Source: Antedon mediterranea
Taxonomy: Eukaryota > Animalia > Echinodermata
DNA: 64,000 nt
Reading direction: 5' to 3'
Assembly (NCBI RefSeq): GCF_964355755.1
Contig: NC_092679.1
Location: 17,901,432-17,965,431, forward strand
Part shown: positions 1 through 14,085 of the stretch, in pieces
Numbering within the stretch: the stretch's first letter is position 1
Layout: each line of letters begins with the position of its first letter
Program-made: the position numbers and the translations under genes
The notes under the pieces: generated by a model
Databases searched by the model: none
Told to the model about the DNA's origin: nothing
What the model saw: only the letters and a program-made list of their open reading frames with translations

Positions 1-559
1 GGATATTATATCGTAGGAATTACAGTACAGTAACTTAACTACTGTAAATAAACAAAAGCTGAATTTTCACTCTTGTCAATAATAAAATGTTTTACCAGGG
101 AAGAGTAAATTCACTCTTCCCTGGTTTAACTATATCAATAGTCTAGTTAATACAGGTAAATATATTTCAAACCAGAGATTTCAATAAAATTACTTTATTC
201 TTCTTTATAATTGGTATGTTGCTATATTGCAGATTTAAAAAAAATAAAAATCAGTTTTCAAAAAACAATAGTTTAATTCATATCCGATAACAAAACATTA
301 AACTTATAGAAAAAATATAAAGGAAGTAATTATGAATCAAGCATGTCATAAACATATTGTTTCAGAAGTATTGTATACTCTTCTGGGAATCTACTAATTC
401 CCTTTTCTACTTCATACAAAAACAACCTAATGTCTTCTTGGATGTTAAGTACAACTCATAAATCATGAACTCTCAATAAATAGTTCCACTTCCCCTTGAC
501 GATTCCTGTACAGTAGTTGTAACTTTCATGTGTACAACCAGGGAGGTATTATACCTCCA

Positions 560-661
560 GTGTGATGTTCCCAAATATGGCAGTGATATGACATCATCAT
601 GTCCATATATGGGCACATCACACTTTTTTTGTCAAACTAGTTTGATAGTGTAGACAGAGCT
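560..661. mobile_element. MITE family A, partial
   Basis: Internal repeat plus the right TIR. Confidence 0.8.
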
Positions 662-1549
662 TAAGGCCAATGGGGCACATTACTGCAGGTGTGGTACAGT
701 AGGTAGGGTCTTTCAACTTATCGTAGGTACTGTATTAGCCCATGGCTTAACCTGCTTTTAATGATCTTAAGATATTAATTACATAATTGAATAATGATTT
801 AAATTCATTTCAAATATTCATAAAACATGTTGGTTCTATAAACTACAGCATAATCACGTTCAGAATACAAACAATGGCCTACTGTGAAGAATCAACAATT
901 CTTTAATGAGACACATACTTTGGACTATTGTTCAAGAACAACTGTACCATTGTACTTATTTATGGGAATCAATACAATATTTGTTGACAATATCAATAGA
1001 AATGTACAGTAAAAATCAACTATGGTGGTACAGTATGATGGTATCCTTCAGTTGACTCAACATGCAAACTAATCAAATAACTATAAACAATGCTTTCCTA
1101 ATTTTAATGTCACATGTTGATCTTGAATGTTTGTTTCTAGTCCCTAATCTTTCCCCTTGATAGGTTGACTCAACAAGCAAACTATTAAAAAAATAAAATA
1201 ACTAAATAAACAATATTCTGCTTTTCTATTTTTACTTTCATGTCAAAATTATTATGGAGATTTTGTCGTATTTCAATCCCTAAACTTCTTCAACGAAACT
1301 ACAGTATGGTATCGTTCTCTTTGTTAGATTGACTCAACAAGCAAACCTTATCAACTACAAAAACAGGAAAATGGTTATTAATTAACTTGATTGTATAAGC
1401 AAATCGTGGCTAAAGGCACTTTGGTAATGCTGTCTGTTCCTGGGTTGAGTTGTTTACATTTGGTCATGACTCAGTCGTCACATCATTTGCATATTAAACA
1501 CAGCCGCAATATGTTGCTCTTTGTATTTCACATGTTGCTCTTATTATTA

Positions 1550-1720
1550 AGCTCTGTCTACACTATCCCAAATATGATGGCGATATGCTCAAATATGATG
1601 GTGATATGCCCACATTTGGTAGTGATATGTCCAAATTTGGTAGTAATATGATATCATTGTGTCTATTATGGGCACATTTTTTTGTCACATAAAGTTTAAT
1701 AGTGTACAGTAGACCGAGCT
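1550..1720. mobile_element. MITE family A
   Basis: Both TIRs; four internal 20-bp repeats. Confidence 0.85.
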
Positions 1721-3806
1721 TTTAGGCCTACACAATGTATTGTCCATTTTTTGGGGAAATAGATATAATGGTCTTAATTTACAAATTCATTGAATCTGTG
1801 GCTTCCCATATTTGGAAATTGTGTCCAAACATGTGCATGTCTGCTGTGTTCTATTGTTTTGTATTCTATTTATGTTTTTTTCCAACTTCCAAATACATAC
1901 TGTAATTTTAAGTTATATAACACAGTAGTACAGTACTGTATATAATAAATATAGTGTACATTGACGTCTGTACATTTTACACAAAATTACAAATCATACA
2001 TCACATGTTTGAAGTTACCCAACCATGAAATTACATTTACTGATGTTTATTAAACTGGAAATAAATATATAACTTATAAACAATTAAATAGATTACATTT
2101 AAATGCATATTTAATTACATCTCACAATTTGTATGGGAAAGATTATGAAATGGGGAGTAAACATACAGTTTAAATATTTCTTCCAGACAATAGTACTACC
2201 TACATTTCACATCTCAAAGTATAGCACTTGGAATACAGTTAGTAGTAGTGTACTGTAAAGGCCAATTTACACAGATAAGTGGTAATGAAAGCAATACAAA
2301 TTATAGATTCTATGTTATTCCTTATGACTAGTTACTTTACACACAACGCAGAGCGGACGGGGTGGTTTCCGCTCCGGATACTGTAGATACACATTCTACA
2401 GTTTGCTGAGCAGTTTTGCGCTTACCGTGACCGCTCTGTCTGTGTAAACCACATCATGGTTGTATTACTGTAACTTTTTTTAAATATTAATAGTACAATA
2501 ATCACTGATCACAATAGAATATAGAAATTAGGTATAGAATCTATACTAAATGTACATACCTGAACATAAGCCATATTACACAATTTCTTTCTTACAGTAA
2601 GTAAAGTACTATTAATTCACTTCAACAAGTAGCTCAAACTATCCTTCAAATAATTTAATTTTCCAGTGAAGACGGAGATGAATTGAAAGTTGTAGGTCCA
2701 ATACTATTATAGGCCAGAATAACAAGCAACAAAAACAGACTCAAGCCAAGCGGTTGACACACCTCCACTGGCCTTCAGGGGTTCAAACAATGCTATGGCA
2801 CAGTGACATAGAAGCGGTCCTACTAGAGTGTGTACTATGGACTGCCTCAGGGACAAACTCAAATTTTAAAATGCCATAACTGATAAATTCTTGTAAATGG
2901 GCATTTGTCAACAACTAACTAGAAGTACTGTAGATATCTAGATAATACTATCTTATACAAATAAAACAAAGTAATCGATGTACAGTACTACTGTAGGTAA
3001 ATAATTAGTAAATAATAAATTTAATGTACAGATGAAGTGTATTTACTTTTTTCCCCCGAACATTTCTTTAATCCAAAAATAAAGGCAGAAATAATGTGTT
3101 CACTCTGCTTGAAATCTACTTTTGTTTATCCATCTAAATTTGTTTGGGATGGTGGTTGGGATTAATGTGGTACTATTAATTATAGAATAGAGTTTGTACC
3201 CAGTATACATATACAGTAGTAATATTATTCTTAATTTTATAATGTTCTACAAACTGGGTTTAAATACTTCAAGACTAGTACAGTATTTGTTATCAAAATA
3301 AACATACAATGATATTGTATATACCTTGACATCAAACTATAAAAAAACAGCAGTCAGTTACAGTACCAGTGAAATTCTTTGACTCACATTTAAGTACGGT
3401 ACTTTACTAATTATAATATATTAACAATTATGATAATTTGAATCCATAATTAATGACGTATTTTGGGAACAGCACACAATAGAATGCATTGTTTATATTT
3501 CAGGTTGATTCATCTATTATACTATAACTATTTGACACACAGACGTCATTCCTTCAAGTAATGAAACGACAGTAGAGTACTAAGTCAGGGCGTTGGTTCT
3601 GTTGTGTGTAGGTGTATAAGATTATTAGAATATTATGCCAAGTTTAATCAAAATTCTGTTCAGTTCAACGCGTTACAGAACATTATTTAGGTTAAGTTAT
3701 TAAACTATTAAAGACATGTGGGTGGTAAGAACTTGCTGCACAAAACTACTGAATACCAAAAGAATTGGTTTGCTGTGTAATGATACTTAATAGCAAATTA
3801 GATACT

Positions 3807-4531
3807 GTAGGTACTGTACAGTATCTGGTATGATTTGAACCGCAACCTTCTGATCCCAAGCCTGGCACTTTAATTGAACACCACCAAACTAAAGTAGGTA
3901 CTGTACAGTACTGTATCTGGTATGATTTGAACCGCAACCTTCTGATCCCAAGCCTGGCACCTTAATAAAATACCACCAAGCTAAAGTAGGTACTGTACAG
4001 ATAATCTAGTATGATTTGAACCACAACCTTCTGATTCCAAACCTGGCACCTTAATTGAACACCACCAAACTAAAGTAGGTACTGTACAGTACTGTATCTG
4101 GTATGATTTCAACCACAACCTTTAGATCCCAAGCCTGGCACCTTAATAAAATACCATCAAGCTAAAGTAGGTACTGTACAGTACTGTATCTGGTATGATT
4201 TGAACCACAACCTTCTGATCCCAAGCCTGGCACCTTAATAAAATACCATCAAGCTAAAGTAGGTACTGTACAGTACTGTATCTGGTATGATTTGAACCAC
4301 AACCTTTAGATCCCAAGCCTGGCACCTTAATAAAATACCACCAAGCTAAAGTAGGTACTGTACAGATAATCTGGTATAATTTGAACCACAACCTTCTGAT
4401 CCCAAGCCTGGCACCTTAATAAAATACCATCAAGCTAAAGTAGGTACTGTACAGTACTGTATCTGGTATGATTTGAACCACAACCTTTAGATCATAAGCC
4501 TGGCACCTTAATTGAATACCACCAAGATAAA
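3807..4531. repeat. Tandem array, 8 x ~87-92 bp, unit derived from a tRNA-like SINE head
   Basis: Unit gtaggtactgtacagtactgtatctggtatgatttgaaccacaaccttctgatcccaagcctggcaccttaataaaataccaccaagctaaa. Confidence 0.92.
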
Positions 4532-5686
4532 GTACTTTAGAAACAAAACATACTGTAAACATACTATTTATAGACGTAGTCAGTGGTTTTTGTGTAATTA
4601 TACTTTTGTACATACAGTAAATGTTATTAAATTGTTAACAAAACAATATTATGTTACAATACTTTTATTACATTACCACTAAAGAACAAAAAAAAAAATA
4701 ATTCAATACATTAAAGGTAGTAAAAAAATAAAAATCAATTTATTGGTTTAATGCATAAAAGCCTATGAGTCATTCTAACATCTAATTTTCTTTAGTATTA
4801 CTATCATTAATGGAATAATTTAATATTTTACACACTGCATATTTTTAGGATACATGGGAGAATACAATGCAATACTGTTATGTACAGTACAATGTATTTT
4901 AATGAGAAGAAATTGTCAGCTGTGAAACTGTGGGCCAGTTTCTGTGATGACAGTCAAATAAAATGCACAACTGTATAAAGTACTACACTAATATTTTCAA
5001 AACAGTATTTTTACAAAGAAAACCTTCCTTACCATAGCATTTATTATACTAATTTATAGAAAAAATGTGATCCATGAAAAATGAATTGAGATATTAGTGG
5101 CCTGAAAATGAGATCAGAGGATGAAGACAGTGCCTTAAAAGAAAAAAAAGGCAAACATAATAAAAAAAAGGTACAGTACAGTAATAAAAATAAATTGAAA
5201 TGAAAATAAAGAAAAGGAGTTAGAATTACGAAGTTATGGAAATATGTTGTACAGCACAGTAGTCCTACTATAAAATATAGAAATTCTGTAACTATTTTCT
5301 GACAATACAATAATTCCGAAAAAAAATATATTAACGTAAATGGCCAGACATTAAACAACAGGTCAAATAAAGTATGCTGAGTTTTGTGTCTGTCCTTCTG
5401 ACAACCTCTACTAATGCAATAGTAGTAATCATAAGCCTGATGTCCCTGTCTCTGAACGCATCAATGATTAACTGTTAAAAATTCTCTTTCAACGAAATAA
5501 TTTATTCTCAAGATATCTAAGCTTCCTTTAAAGATGATTCACCATGGCAACAATGATGACTATGAGGAAAAGAAAACAATAATATGGATGTCATAAATTT
5601 GGCTTTATACAAAATTGATAATGAAATTGCTACTGATGACAAGTACAATAAGTAATGGGGATTGACATTTTTGAGAGATGTATTTT

Positions 5687-6950
5687 ATGAAAAGATACAG
5701 TGATGTACTGAATTTAAGAGGGTGTGGTCCAAACAAAATGAAGGACATGAAAAGATACAGTGATGTACTGTATTTAAGAAGAGGGTGGGGTCCAAACAAA
5801 ATGAAGGAGATGAAAAGATACAGTGATGTACTGTATTTAAGAAGAGGGTGGGGTCCAAACAAAATGAAGGACATGAAAAGATACAGTGATGTACTGTATA
5901 TAATAGGGTGGGGTCCAAACAAAATGAAAGACATGAAAAGATACAGTGATGTACTGCATTTAAGAGGGTGGGGTCCAAACAAAATGAAGGACATGAAAAG
6001 ATACAGTGATGTACTGTATTTAAGAGGGTGGGGTCCAAACAAAATGAAGGACATGAAAAGATACAGTGATGTACTGTATTTAAGAGGGTGGGGTCCAAAC
6101 AAAATGAAGGACATGAAAAGATACAGTGATGCACTGTATTTAAGAGGGTGGGGTCCAAACAAAATGAAGGACATGAAAAGATACAGTGATGTACTGTATT
6201 TAAGAGGGTGGGGTCCAAACAAAATTAAGGACATGAAAAGATACAGTGATGTACTGTATTTAAGAGGGTGGGGTCCAAACAAAATGAAGGACATGAAAAG
6301 ATACAGTGATGTACTGTATTTAAGAGGGTGGGGTCCAAACAAAATGAAGGACATGAAAAGATACAGTGATGTACTGTATTTAAGAGGGTGGGGTCCAAAC
6401 AAAATGAAGGACATGAAAAGATACAGTGATGTACTGTATTTAAGAGGGTGGGGTCCAAACAAAATGAAGGACATGAAAAGATACAGTGATGTACTGTATT
6501 TAAGAGGGTGGGGTCCAAACAAAATGAAGGACATGAAAAGATACAGTGATGTACTGTATTTAAGAGGGTGGGGTCCAAACAAAATGAAGGACATGAAAAG
6601 ATACAGTGATGTACTGTATTTAAGAGGGTGGGGTCCAAACAAAATGAAGGACATGAAAAGATACAGTGATGTACTGTATTTAAGAGGGTGGGGTCCAAAC
6701 AAAATGAAGGACATGAAAAGATACAGTGATGTACTGTATTTAAGAGGGTGGGGTCCAAACAAAATTAAGGACATGAAAAGATACAGTGATGTACTGTACT
6801 TAAGAGGGTGGGGTCCAAACAAAATTTAGGATATGAAAAGATACAGTGATGTACTGTACTTAAGAGGGTGGGGTCCAAACTAAATTAAGGAAACGAAAAG
6901 ATACAGTGATCAGTGATGTACTGTTTTTAAGAAGGTGGGGTCCAAAAATA
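5687..6950. repeat. 60-bp minisatellite, ~21 near-identical copies
   Basis: Unit atgaaaagatacagtgatgtactgtatttaagagggtggggtccaaacaaaatgaaggac; explains the repetitive ORFs on both strands. Confidence 0.97.
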
Positions 6951-9459
6951 AATTGAAAATATTGTAAAAGAGGCTTCGTTGAGGTGTTTAAAGACTGTAG
7001 GTAGGACAGAAAAATGTATTTTTTGTATGATGAGAACAACCATTGTTGATTTTTATCATACCTGGCAGATAATTAAAAACAACATTCCAAAAACTATTGG
7101 GTTCCTCACACAGCAACTAAACAGGTTACTTAACAGTGAGTACTATCTTTTACAGTATATAAATTACAAACCTGAAATGGGGTTGGTATTCTGTGAGTGG
7201 TGCTTAGACATTAAGTGGGGGGAGGGGGACGAATACCCATGAAACAACTTAATTACTGTACTAATCGCACACTAACAATTATAATATATACTAATATATA
7301 AAAATTAATGCATAAAATATTTAATTAATATACTGTAATATTATTATAAATTACTTTAAATGTATAAAATATTTAATAATATATTCTGTATTCTTTCAGA
7401 GGGAATCTAATTTAAGCTACCTGTACAATAAAAACTCTACAGTACTGTACCTAAATCACGGATATAAATAATTCTATAATTAATGACATCACCTGATGGG
7501 ACCAAATAAATTAAAATCTGCTGGCAGTATAATTGATTACCTGTAGGCCTACTGACCTGATTAAATGTCACTAAACTTCCTACACTGTTATTTTAAAAAC
7601 AAACTAATATACAGTATTCATAGTCTTTAATTATTCGTTGTCAAATTGTATTGTTCTGAGAGTCCCTAATGATCAGTTTTAGTAGGATGGACAACCTTTG
7701 TTAAATATTGTTGAAATAAAAAAAAAATATTTAAAATTTATAGCAGTATTTACAGGGACTGCAGTATTCAATCAGCTGTTGTGATAATACTCAAAAAAAT
7801 ATTCACAATTAACAGAACTTCTAAATAAATCCCTAAATATTAAATATGTACATTGTCATAAAATGCTTTAACAATAAAAATATGTTTTGGTTAGGGATAT
7901 ATATAGTATTCAATAGATAAAACCACAATACAAACAACACAAAGATCAATATTTAAATTTGTTCAAAAGTAACTACTGTACAATGGTATGGATGTCAGTA
8001 AAATTCAATCTATTTCCTCTCCATGACTGTATTTAAAAAACAACAAAATTAAGCATTATACAGTAAGAAATCGAGTACCGTAATCATCTTTTTCTAGTTC
8101 AAGTACCGTCTAAGCACAATTAAACATCTCAAACTGGATTAATATTCTAGATTGAAATTCTGCATGTAACCGTTCTGCCAATTGAAACATAAAATTAGAA
8201 CATTTTGAAATTGATTTTGTGTTACAGTGTTGCACAGACACAAGGGATTATATCAGTAATCAATACTTTCACAAGTAATTTTGTATACTGTTATATTCAT
8301 TCTATTATTATACTGTACAATTTTGAGGATAAATATTCATAATAATTTACCATAATATAGTTTGTCCTTCACAAAAATAAGAAGTGTTTGAACTTGATCA
8401 AATCATTGTACTACTACTACTAATATTACTTGACTATCTATTATAAATGTTTAAACTTGGTTGAGACAGGGGAGAGTGATAATAAAATTATTTCGCTCTT
8501 CCCTGGTTAAGGTAACTGTAATAATAATAATAATAATAATTATAATAATAATAAGATTTATAGTGCGCACATATCCACAAATGCAACCATGAAACTAAAA
8601 AAAAAAACGGAAGAAAAAAAACCAAAAAAATTTGCAAAACGGAAAAAAAAAAAGGGAAAAAACAAAAAAACTGTAGTGTTAGTACTTCTATCTGTAAAGA
8701 AGTGTTTACTTGAAATGTACAGTACAGTATCTGTACAGTTAGTTTTCACTATCATACTGTATATTTTCATTTTTCAAAGCGTATCGTACATACAGTAATG
8801 CAATGAGAAAATGTTTCCAAAATATCAATTTGTGATTGAAAATAACCAGGAAAGAATCTCTAAATTCTAATTTTTTCCCCTAATTTAATACTGATAATTC
8901 AATAATGAGGATTGCATAATCATTACTATACTTGATATTACGTAAACTGAGAAGGAAAACAGATCAGTTTTCCCTTTCTTTTTTGCAAGATGAGTAAAGA
9001 CTTAAAAAAAGAATCTGCCGCATCCCTTTTTTACTTTCACTACAGAATTGTTACTCGATATGCTTTCACTTATTTCCACAATTTCTCTAATTTCTCCAAC
9101 AAGGAAGAACTTTCTATCATAATAAATTTTTTTTTTTATGAATATGATGTAACAGATCAAACAGTACAGCAATAGTATAGTACATAATGTAAACATACTG
9201 TAAATTACTAATAGTAATACCATACTAATATGCACTATTATTATACATATTGTACAAACAGTCCATCAAATATTATGTGGCAGATATACAAAAGTGATAC
9301 TAGACATTTTAAGTGAAATCGGAATATTTCGGACAATTAATACAAATTCTAGATTTTCATTTTTCATTTATTTATTATTTATTTAATTTCCCAACCAACA
9401 GTAAACTCATGGTTCCCCACATACAAGCTTAGTTGCGAATGTGAAGCTACAATACATAC

Positions 9460-9936
9460 CTCAGCCTCAATTTTATCCTGGGGCCTAAGTATAGGCCTTG
9501 GTATACTAGCATATATATCCTCTACAGACTTGTGATCATACTTCTGTTCAGTCTGATACATGTCATCCAACGATAGCCTACCATTTGATAAATCTTCTCT
9601 ATCATTGATTCTTCCCTTTTTAATAGTTCCGTACAAATCTTCCACGGAAGTCCTACGATGGTGGTATTCCTCTTTCGAATCATTGCCACCTAATTTTATT
9701 CCGTTTTTTAATCGGGTTCCATATATATCCTCCTTGAACATTTCGTTTGCGATCCGTCTCCGGCGCAAAACTTCTTCGTCGACCGGTTCATCATCCGAAC
9801 TCTGTTTTATATCCCTCGACATATCGTTAGAGTCTTGCTTGACTGAAGCCTGTTGCTTGGTTGACGGTTTACTCTGAGCAATGGATGTTAAATTAAAACC
9901 CCGTGTTGCTGGTTTTACTAAACCAATACCCAACAT
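9460..9936 (-). CDS. Coding exon, 159 codons; probable alternative first exon within the ASPP-like gene
   Basis: ATG at 9936, long charged ORF standing out from the AT-rich background, strong phase-0 donor GAG|gtatgt at 9460; same strand and same exit phase as the ASPP-like exon ending at 19600. Confidence 0.65.
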
Positions 9937-11764
9937 AATTATTTAAATTAAAATTAATCCTGACTATTTGCTGCCAGCCAAAACAACAAAATGACAAAAG
10001 ACTTAAAATGTGAGTAAATAAGTACTCTTTTCAATAGTGAATGATTAATTCAGAAAGTATTTCAGATGTACTTGAGTTAAAAGAGAGGATATTCACTGTT
10101 TTTTAGTTGAATTCCCCACTGGATATGTAGCGTAATGCATTCAATAAATTAGAAATTTATGCGTGGTAGAATCCATTTGCTGGCCTATCAGGTAGCTTGC
10201 ATTGAAAGCAGTGTGAGACACGCCTCATGAGATCATCTGACTGTCTCATCATTTGTAAGCGACGCCTGTCAAACTGTTCCGCATGAGAGAGCACCCTTCT
10301 GACATTAACCTAATCACCAACCATTGGCTAATAAAATCCACAATAACAAACTATACACAAATCAGATATAATGCAATTCTAACTTACCTTTCCTTTAATA
10401 GTATATCCACCTTAAACTACAGGAAATGAAATATTATTAACAAGATTTTTCTTTAGCTACTACTGTACCACACATCCATGTTCGTTAGTCATACTAGTAT
10501 TAAATGCGACCACTATGAACAGGCTGTCATGCATTCAATTCAATGGCCCTCCATTTATTGTTATGCATAAAAGGCTTATACAATCCGAGGCTATTATTAT
10601 GCATAAGTATCACCACACAGCAAGGGCATCGAGTACAAAAGGCTAAAGAGAGCTGTCATTTCATTGGATAAGTACCTGTGTATTTTTAAAAGATATTATT
10701 TGCAGAGGCCTTTGTACTTTCATTAGGGTAAATTTTTCAGGGTATGACAAAACATTTAGCCTGAGGTTATAATATAAATCTACAGCATTGGATCTGTTTA
10801 CCTCTTTTAATAACGTCACTATAGTATAGCTTATATACTTATATACATTTTTTTTTTTCATTACGACACATCTAATTTTACCTGTCCAATTGTTGGGAGC
10901 ATTACTGATTTGAGTAATTACTTTGAACCAGGGAACCCTTGAACTCACAATGCAGCCATACATAAATTATGCATGATTCTGTTTTTACATAGCTTACCCA
11001 CAAAACCATAATTTAATATGACCACTTCTCATCAATAATAATATATTATATACCCCATTTATATAGCGCCCTTTTCATGAAAAAACATGCTCAACGGCGC
11101 TTCATAAAAAACAGAAAACAAGTTACATAGGATAATATAAAAAAATCAATGTTCAAGTTGTTATTCTTCCAGGGGTACCAACCACCACACTGAAGTGCTT
11201 GCATTGCATACAGTACACAAATTAGTTTACAACGATAAGTCCTTTGGGTGTATAATTGATTTGCCTTAAAAAAAAAAATCAACATGATTTGAACCTAGGA
11301 TTCTGACATTGGTGGTAGCCGAGCATCTTAACCACCAAGCTACATTCCAGTTGACTAGTTTTACCTGGTTATATCAAGGTTATAACTTATATTTACTGCA
11401 TACTTATACTATCAATGGCCTAATTTGAATATAATCGTTTCTGAATATTCCCTGCCAAAAATGTCACTTCTTCAGATTAGGTAAAGCTTTTAGTATGAAT
11501 ATCATATCAAATAGCTATAAAATTGGTTACTACTACTTACAGTATAATGGAATGCTGGTAAAAATATACACAAGTTGTAACATGCTGAGCATAAAGCCTG
11601 GCCACAGTGAATACTAAGTATAGGAAATTAATCTTTTTTTTTATGTAACAGAATTTGTAAATTTCTAGTAAGAAATTATTAAAATTGAAATAAAAATATC
11701 TTCACAAGGGCTAGTGTGTAACTGCATTGCACGGCGACAAGTTTCCCAACCGGCAAGTAATAAA

Positions 11765-12048
11765 AATAATAATACCACATTTTGTATCGCCCTTTCATGA
11801 GTAATCATGCTCAAAGGCTCCATTATTACCCTGGTCATTTTTTGAAACATACTTCCATAATGCAGCTAGTAATCAGTGCAAAGTTGTGTCTTGATCTAAC
11901 TGGGTACTCATTTAATACACCTGGGTGGAGAGAGGCAAATGCAAGTAAAGTGCCTTGCCTAAGGATACAAGCAATGTGGCGAGAGTTGGATTCGAACCAC
12001 AACCTCACGATCGGTAATCCAGTGTTCAACACACTGCGCCACACGCCA
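11765..12048 (-). mobile_element. tRNA-derived SINE with Deu/Nin-like central domain and L2-like tail
   Basis: Minus strand: A box gtggcgcagtgtg, B box ggttcgaatcc, then tccttaggcaaggcactttac...ctctctccacccaggtgtattaaatgagtacc, tail gaaagggcgatacaaaa..(tat)n. Confidence 0.8.
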
Positions 12049-12541
12049 AGTACTCCAACTATAATCATTAAACAATCTCAGTTTTATTTGTATTGAATAC
12101 TGTCACGTAATAAATGAAAAAAAATACATTGATTTATTTTTGTTACAATAAGAACACAAGAGGAAAATAATCAAAGCTATACATTTACCTTCACTCACAT
12201 AAAGACTTATTATGTGATACTACAACAATAACACCATACATGAGGTGTGTCTATAGATTTCACAATACAATGTATAACTGTACTGCTGTATTGTAAGGCT
12301 TTTAAAATGAGTTAAATGCGGTGAATGGTATCTAATTGGGACTTAAAACCAGGATGTCTTTATAAAACAATTGCATAAAGACTTACACGCCGAAACATTA
12401 CACAAATGGCTTGGATTTTCACAATGCAAACACTGTATAAAGATTTAATAAATACTAAAATTAATTTCCGACTGAAGAATATATAATAGGTTTTAATACC
12501 TATTTTACTATACATTCAATCGTTAAAACAGGATTCCATAA

Positions 12542-12687
12542 AGCTCTGTCTACACCATAAAACTAGTTTGACAAAAAAAAGTGTGATGTACCCAAATATG
12601 GTAGTGATATGACATCATCATGTCCATATAATGGGAACATCACATTTTTTTTGTCACACAATAAAGTTTGATAATGTATACAGAGCT
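12542..12687. mobile_element. MITE family A
   Basis: Both TIRs. Confidence 0.85.
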
Positions 12688-12860
12688 TTAGACTACTCTA
12701 CAGTAGTCCACAATACAGTATCTAGTTTAAACCAATTTGGGATAGGTTCTTTACTAGACCTAAAATTAAACAAACGTCCCTACAAAGGCTACAGTATATA
12801 TTTTTTCTACCTACAGTATGGTAAACATTAAATAACAAATATCACATTTCCTAATGCGAG

Positions 12861-12998
12861 CAGTGGCATAACGGCTAACTGGCTAAACCCAGAGCTTAAA
12901 GGGCACTAGAGTACTGTATGAGCAGCCCAGTGTTGGATGGCTCTTTGGAGTGCTGAACCCAGGGCCATGTGCCTCCTGTGTGTTACAGTATACCACTG
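12861..12998. mobile_element. Small hAT-like MITE
   Basis: cagtggcata...tataccactg with degenerate 8-bp flanks aatgcgag/aatatgag. Confidence 0.5.
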
Positions 12999-13894
12999 AA
13001 TATGAGAACATTATGAATATATGCTAAAGTCAACTACTGAACTACAGAGATTACTTTATTTGTCGCAAAAAAAAATAAAATAAAGTTAACGTTTAGATAG
13101 TATAACAAAATATTATTTGTAAAACAGCAACTGACATTCAATAAAGGGTAAAATAACAATACTACAAATACTTGTTAAGCTATTACCAATTATGGTAAAT
13201 CATTTAAAGCTGTCATTAACAAAGGAGCAGAATATAATATCCAGCTAAAATAACCAATTATAATATTAATTGGAATACTTGTACATGGCGATGTAAAATG
13301 CAACTGGGTCATAAATTGTTATTATTGAATTAGGCCATGAAGCTATTAATGATTAACAACATTAAGACAGCTATAATTTTGTGAATTGCCTCGTACAAGA
13401 TGTAACAATTACGGAAAAACGTGACAACAACTGGCATAAAACAACAAAATCTTATACAGTAATTCATACAGTAGGAAGAAATATGTCAAATAAATTGAAT
13501 AATCGGAATTGTGTGTTCTGTTGTCAAACTTGATTCGTATAAAATATACAAAACTGATTGCTCTCTGTAATTTATTTTATCAAATCTCAATCATAAATAA
13601 CAATTTCTTGGATGGTTGAGGATAACATATAATATTTTAATTTTTTTTTTTTGAGGTACAGTACTAACTATACATGTACAATACTGTAGTGTGTAGCAAT
13701 TAATTTATAAAAAGGTATGACTTGAATCAGAGCTTTGAGAATTGACAATTTGTACAGAAATGAAAAACATAAAATGAAACAAGAATATTATTACTGACTG
13801 TAAACGCAACAATAAAAATGTATAAATACATTCAATACTCTTTGAAAACAATGAAAAACATGTTATGTTTCTTGGAGTACTGCATGTACAGTAA

Positions 13895-14085
13895 AGGGTC
13901 TTTCACACCTGCTCCGGCACGGTTCCGGTCCGGCGACGGAAAATCCAATCGAACGTCAATGTTTCGTTTTTACGCAGCTACGCGCATATCGATTGGTGCT
14001 TGGCCGCGTGGAGCGTCGTGAAAACGAAACATTGGCGTTCGATTCGCCGGACCGGAACCGTGCCGGAACAGGTGTGAAAGGCCCT
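13895..14085. mobile_element. Palindromic GC-rich MITE (Harbinger-like), TAA TSD
   Basis: taa|agggtctttcacacctgctccggcacggttccggtccggcga...tcgccggaccggaaccgtgccggaacaggtgtgaaaggccct|taa; decayed relatives near 19850-20025 and 22928-23106. Confidence 0.88.

Noticed and set aside
5605-6829. Long 383-405 aa ORFs as protein genes
   Set aside because: They are by-products of a stop-free 60-bp tandem unit; no start context or domain is evident.
3807-6950. Repeat arrays as CRISPR
   Set aside because: No unique spacers and no cas genes; the context is a eukaryotic intron.
8558-8798. Lys-rich / Phe-rich ORFs
   Set aside because: Translation of a poly-A-rich low-complexity tract.
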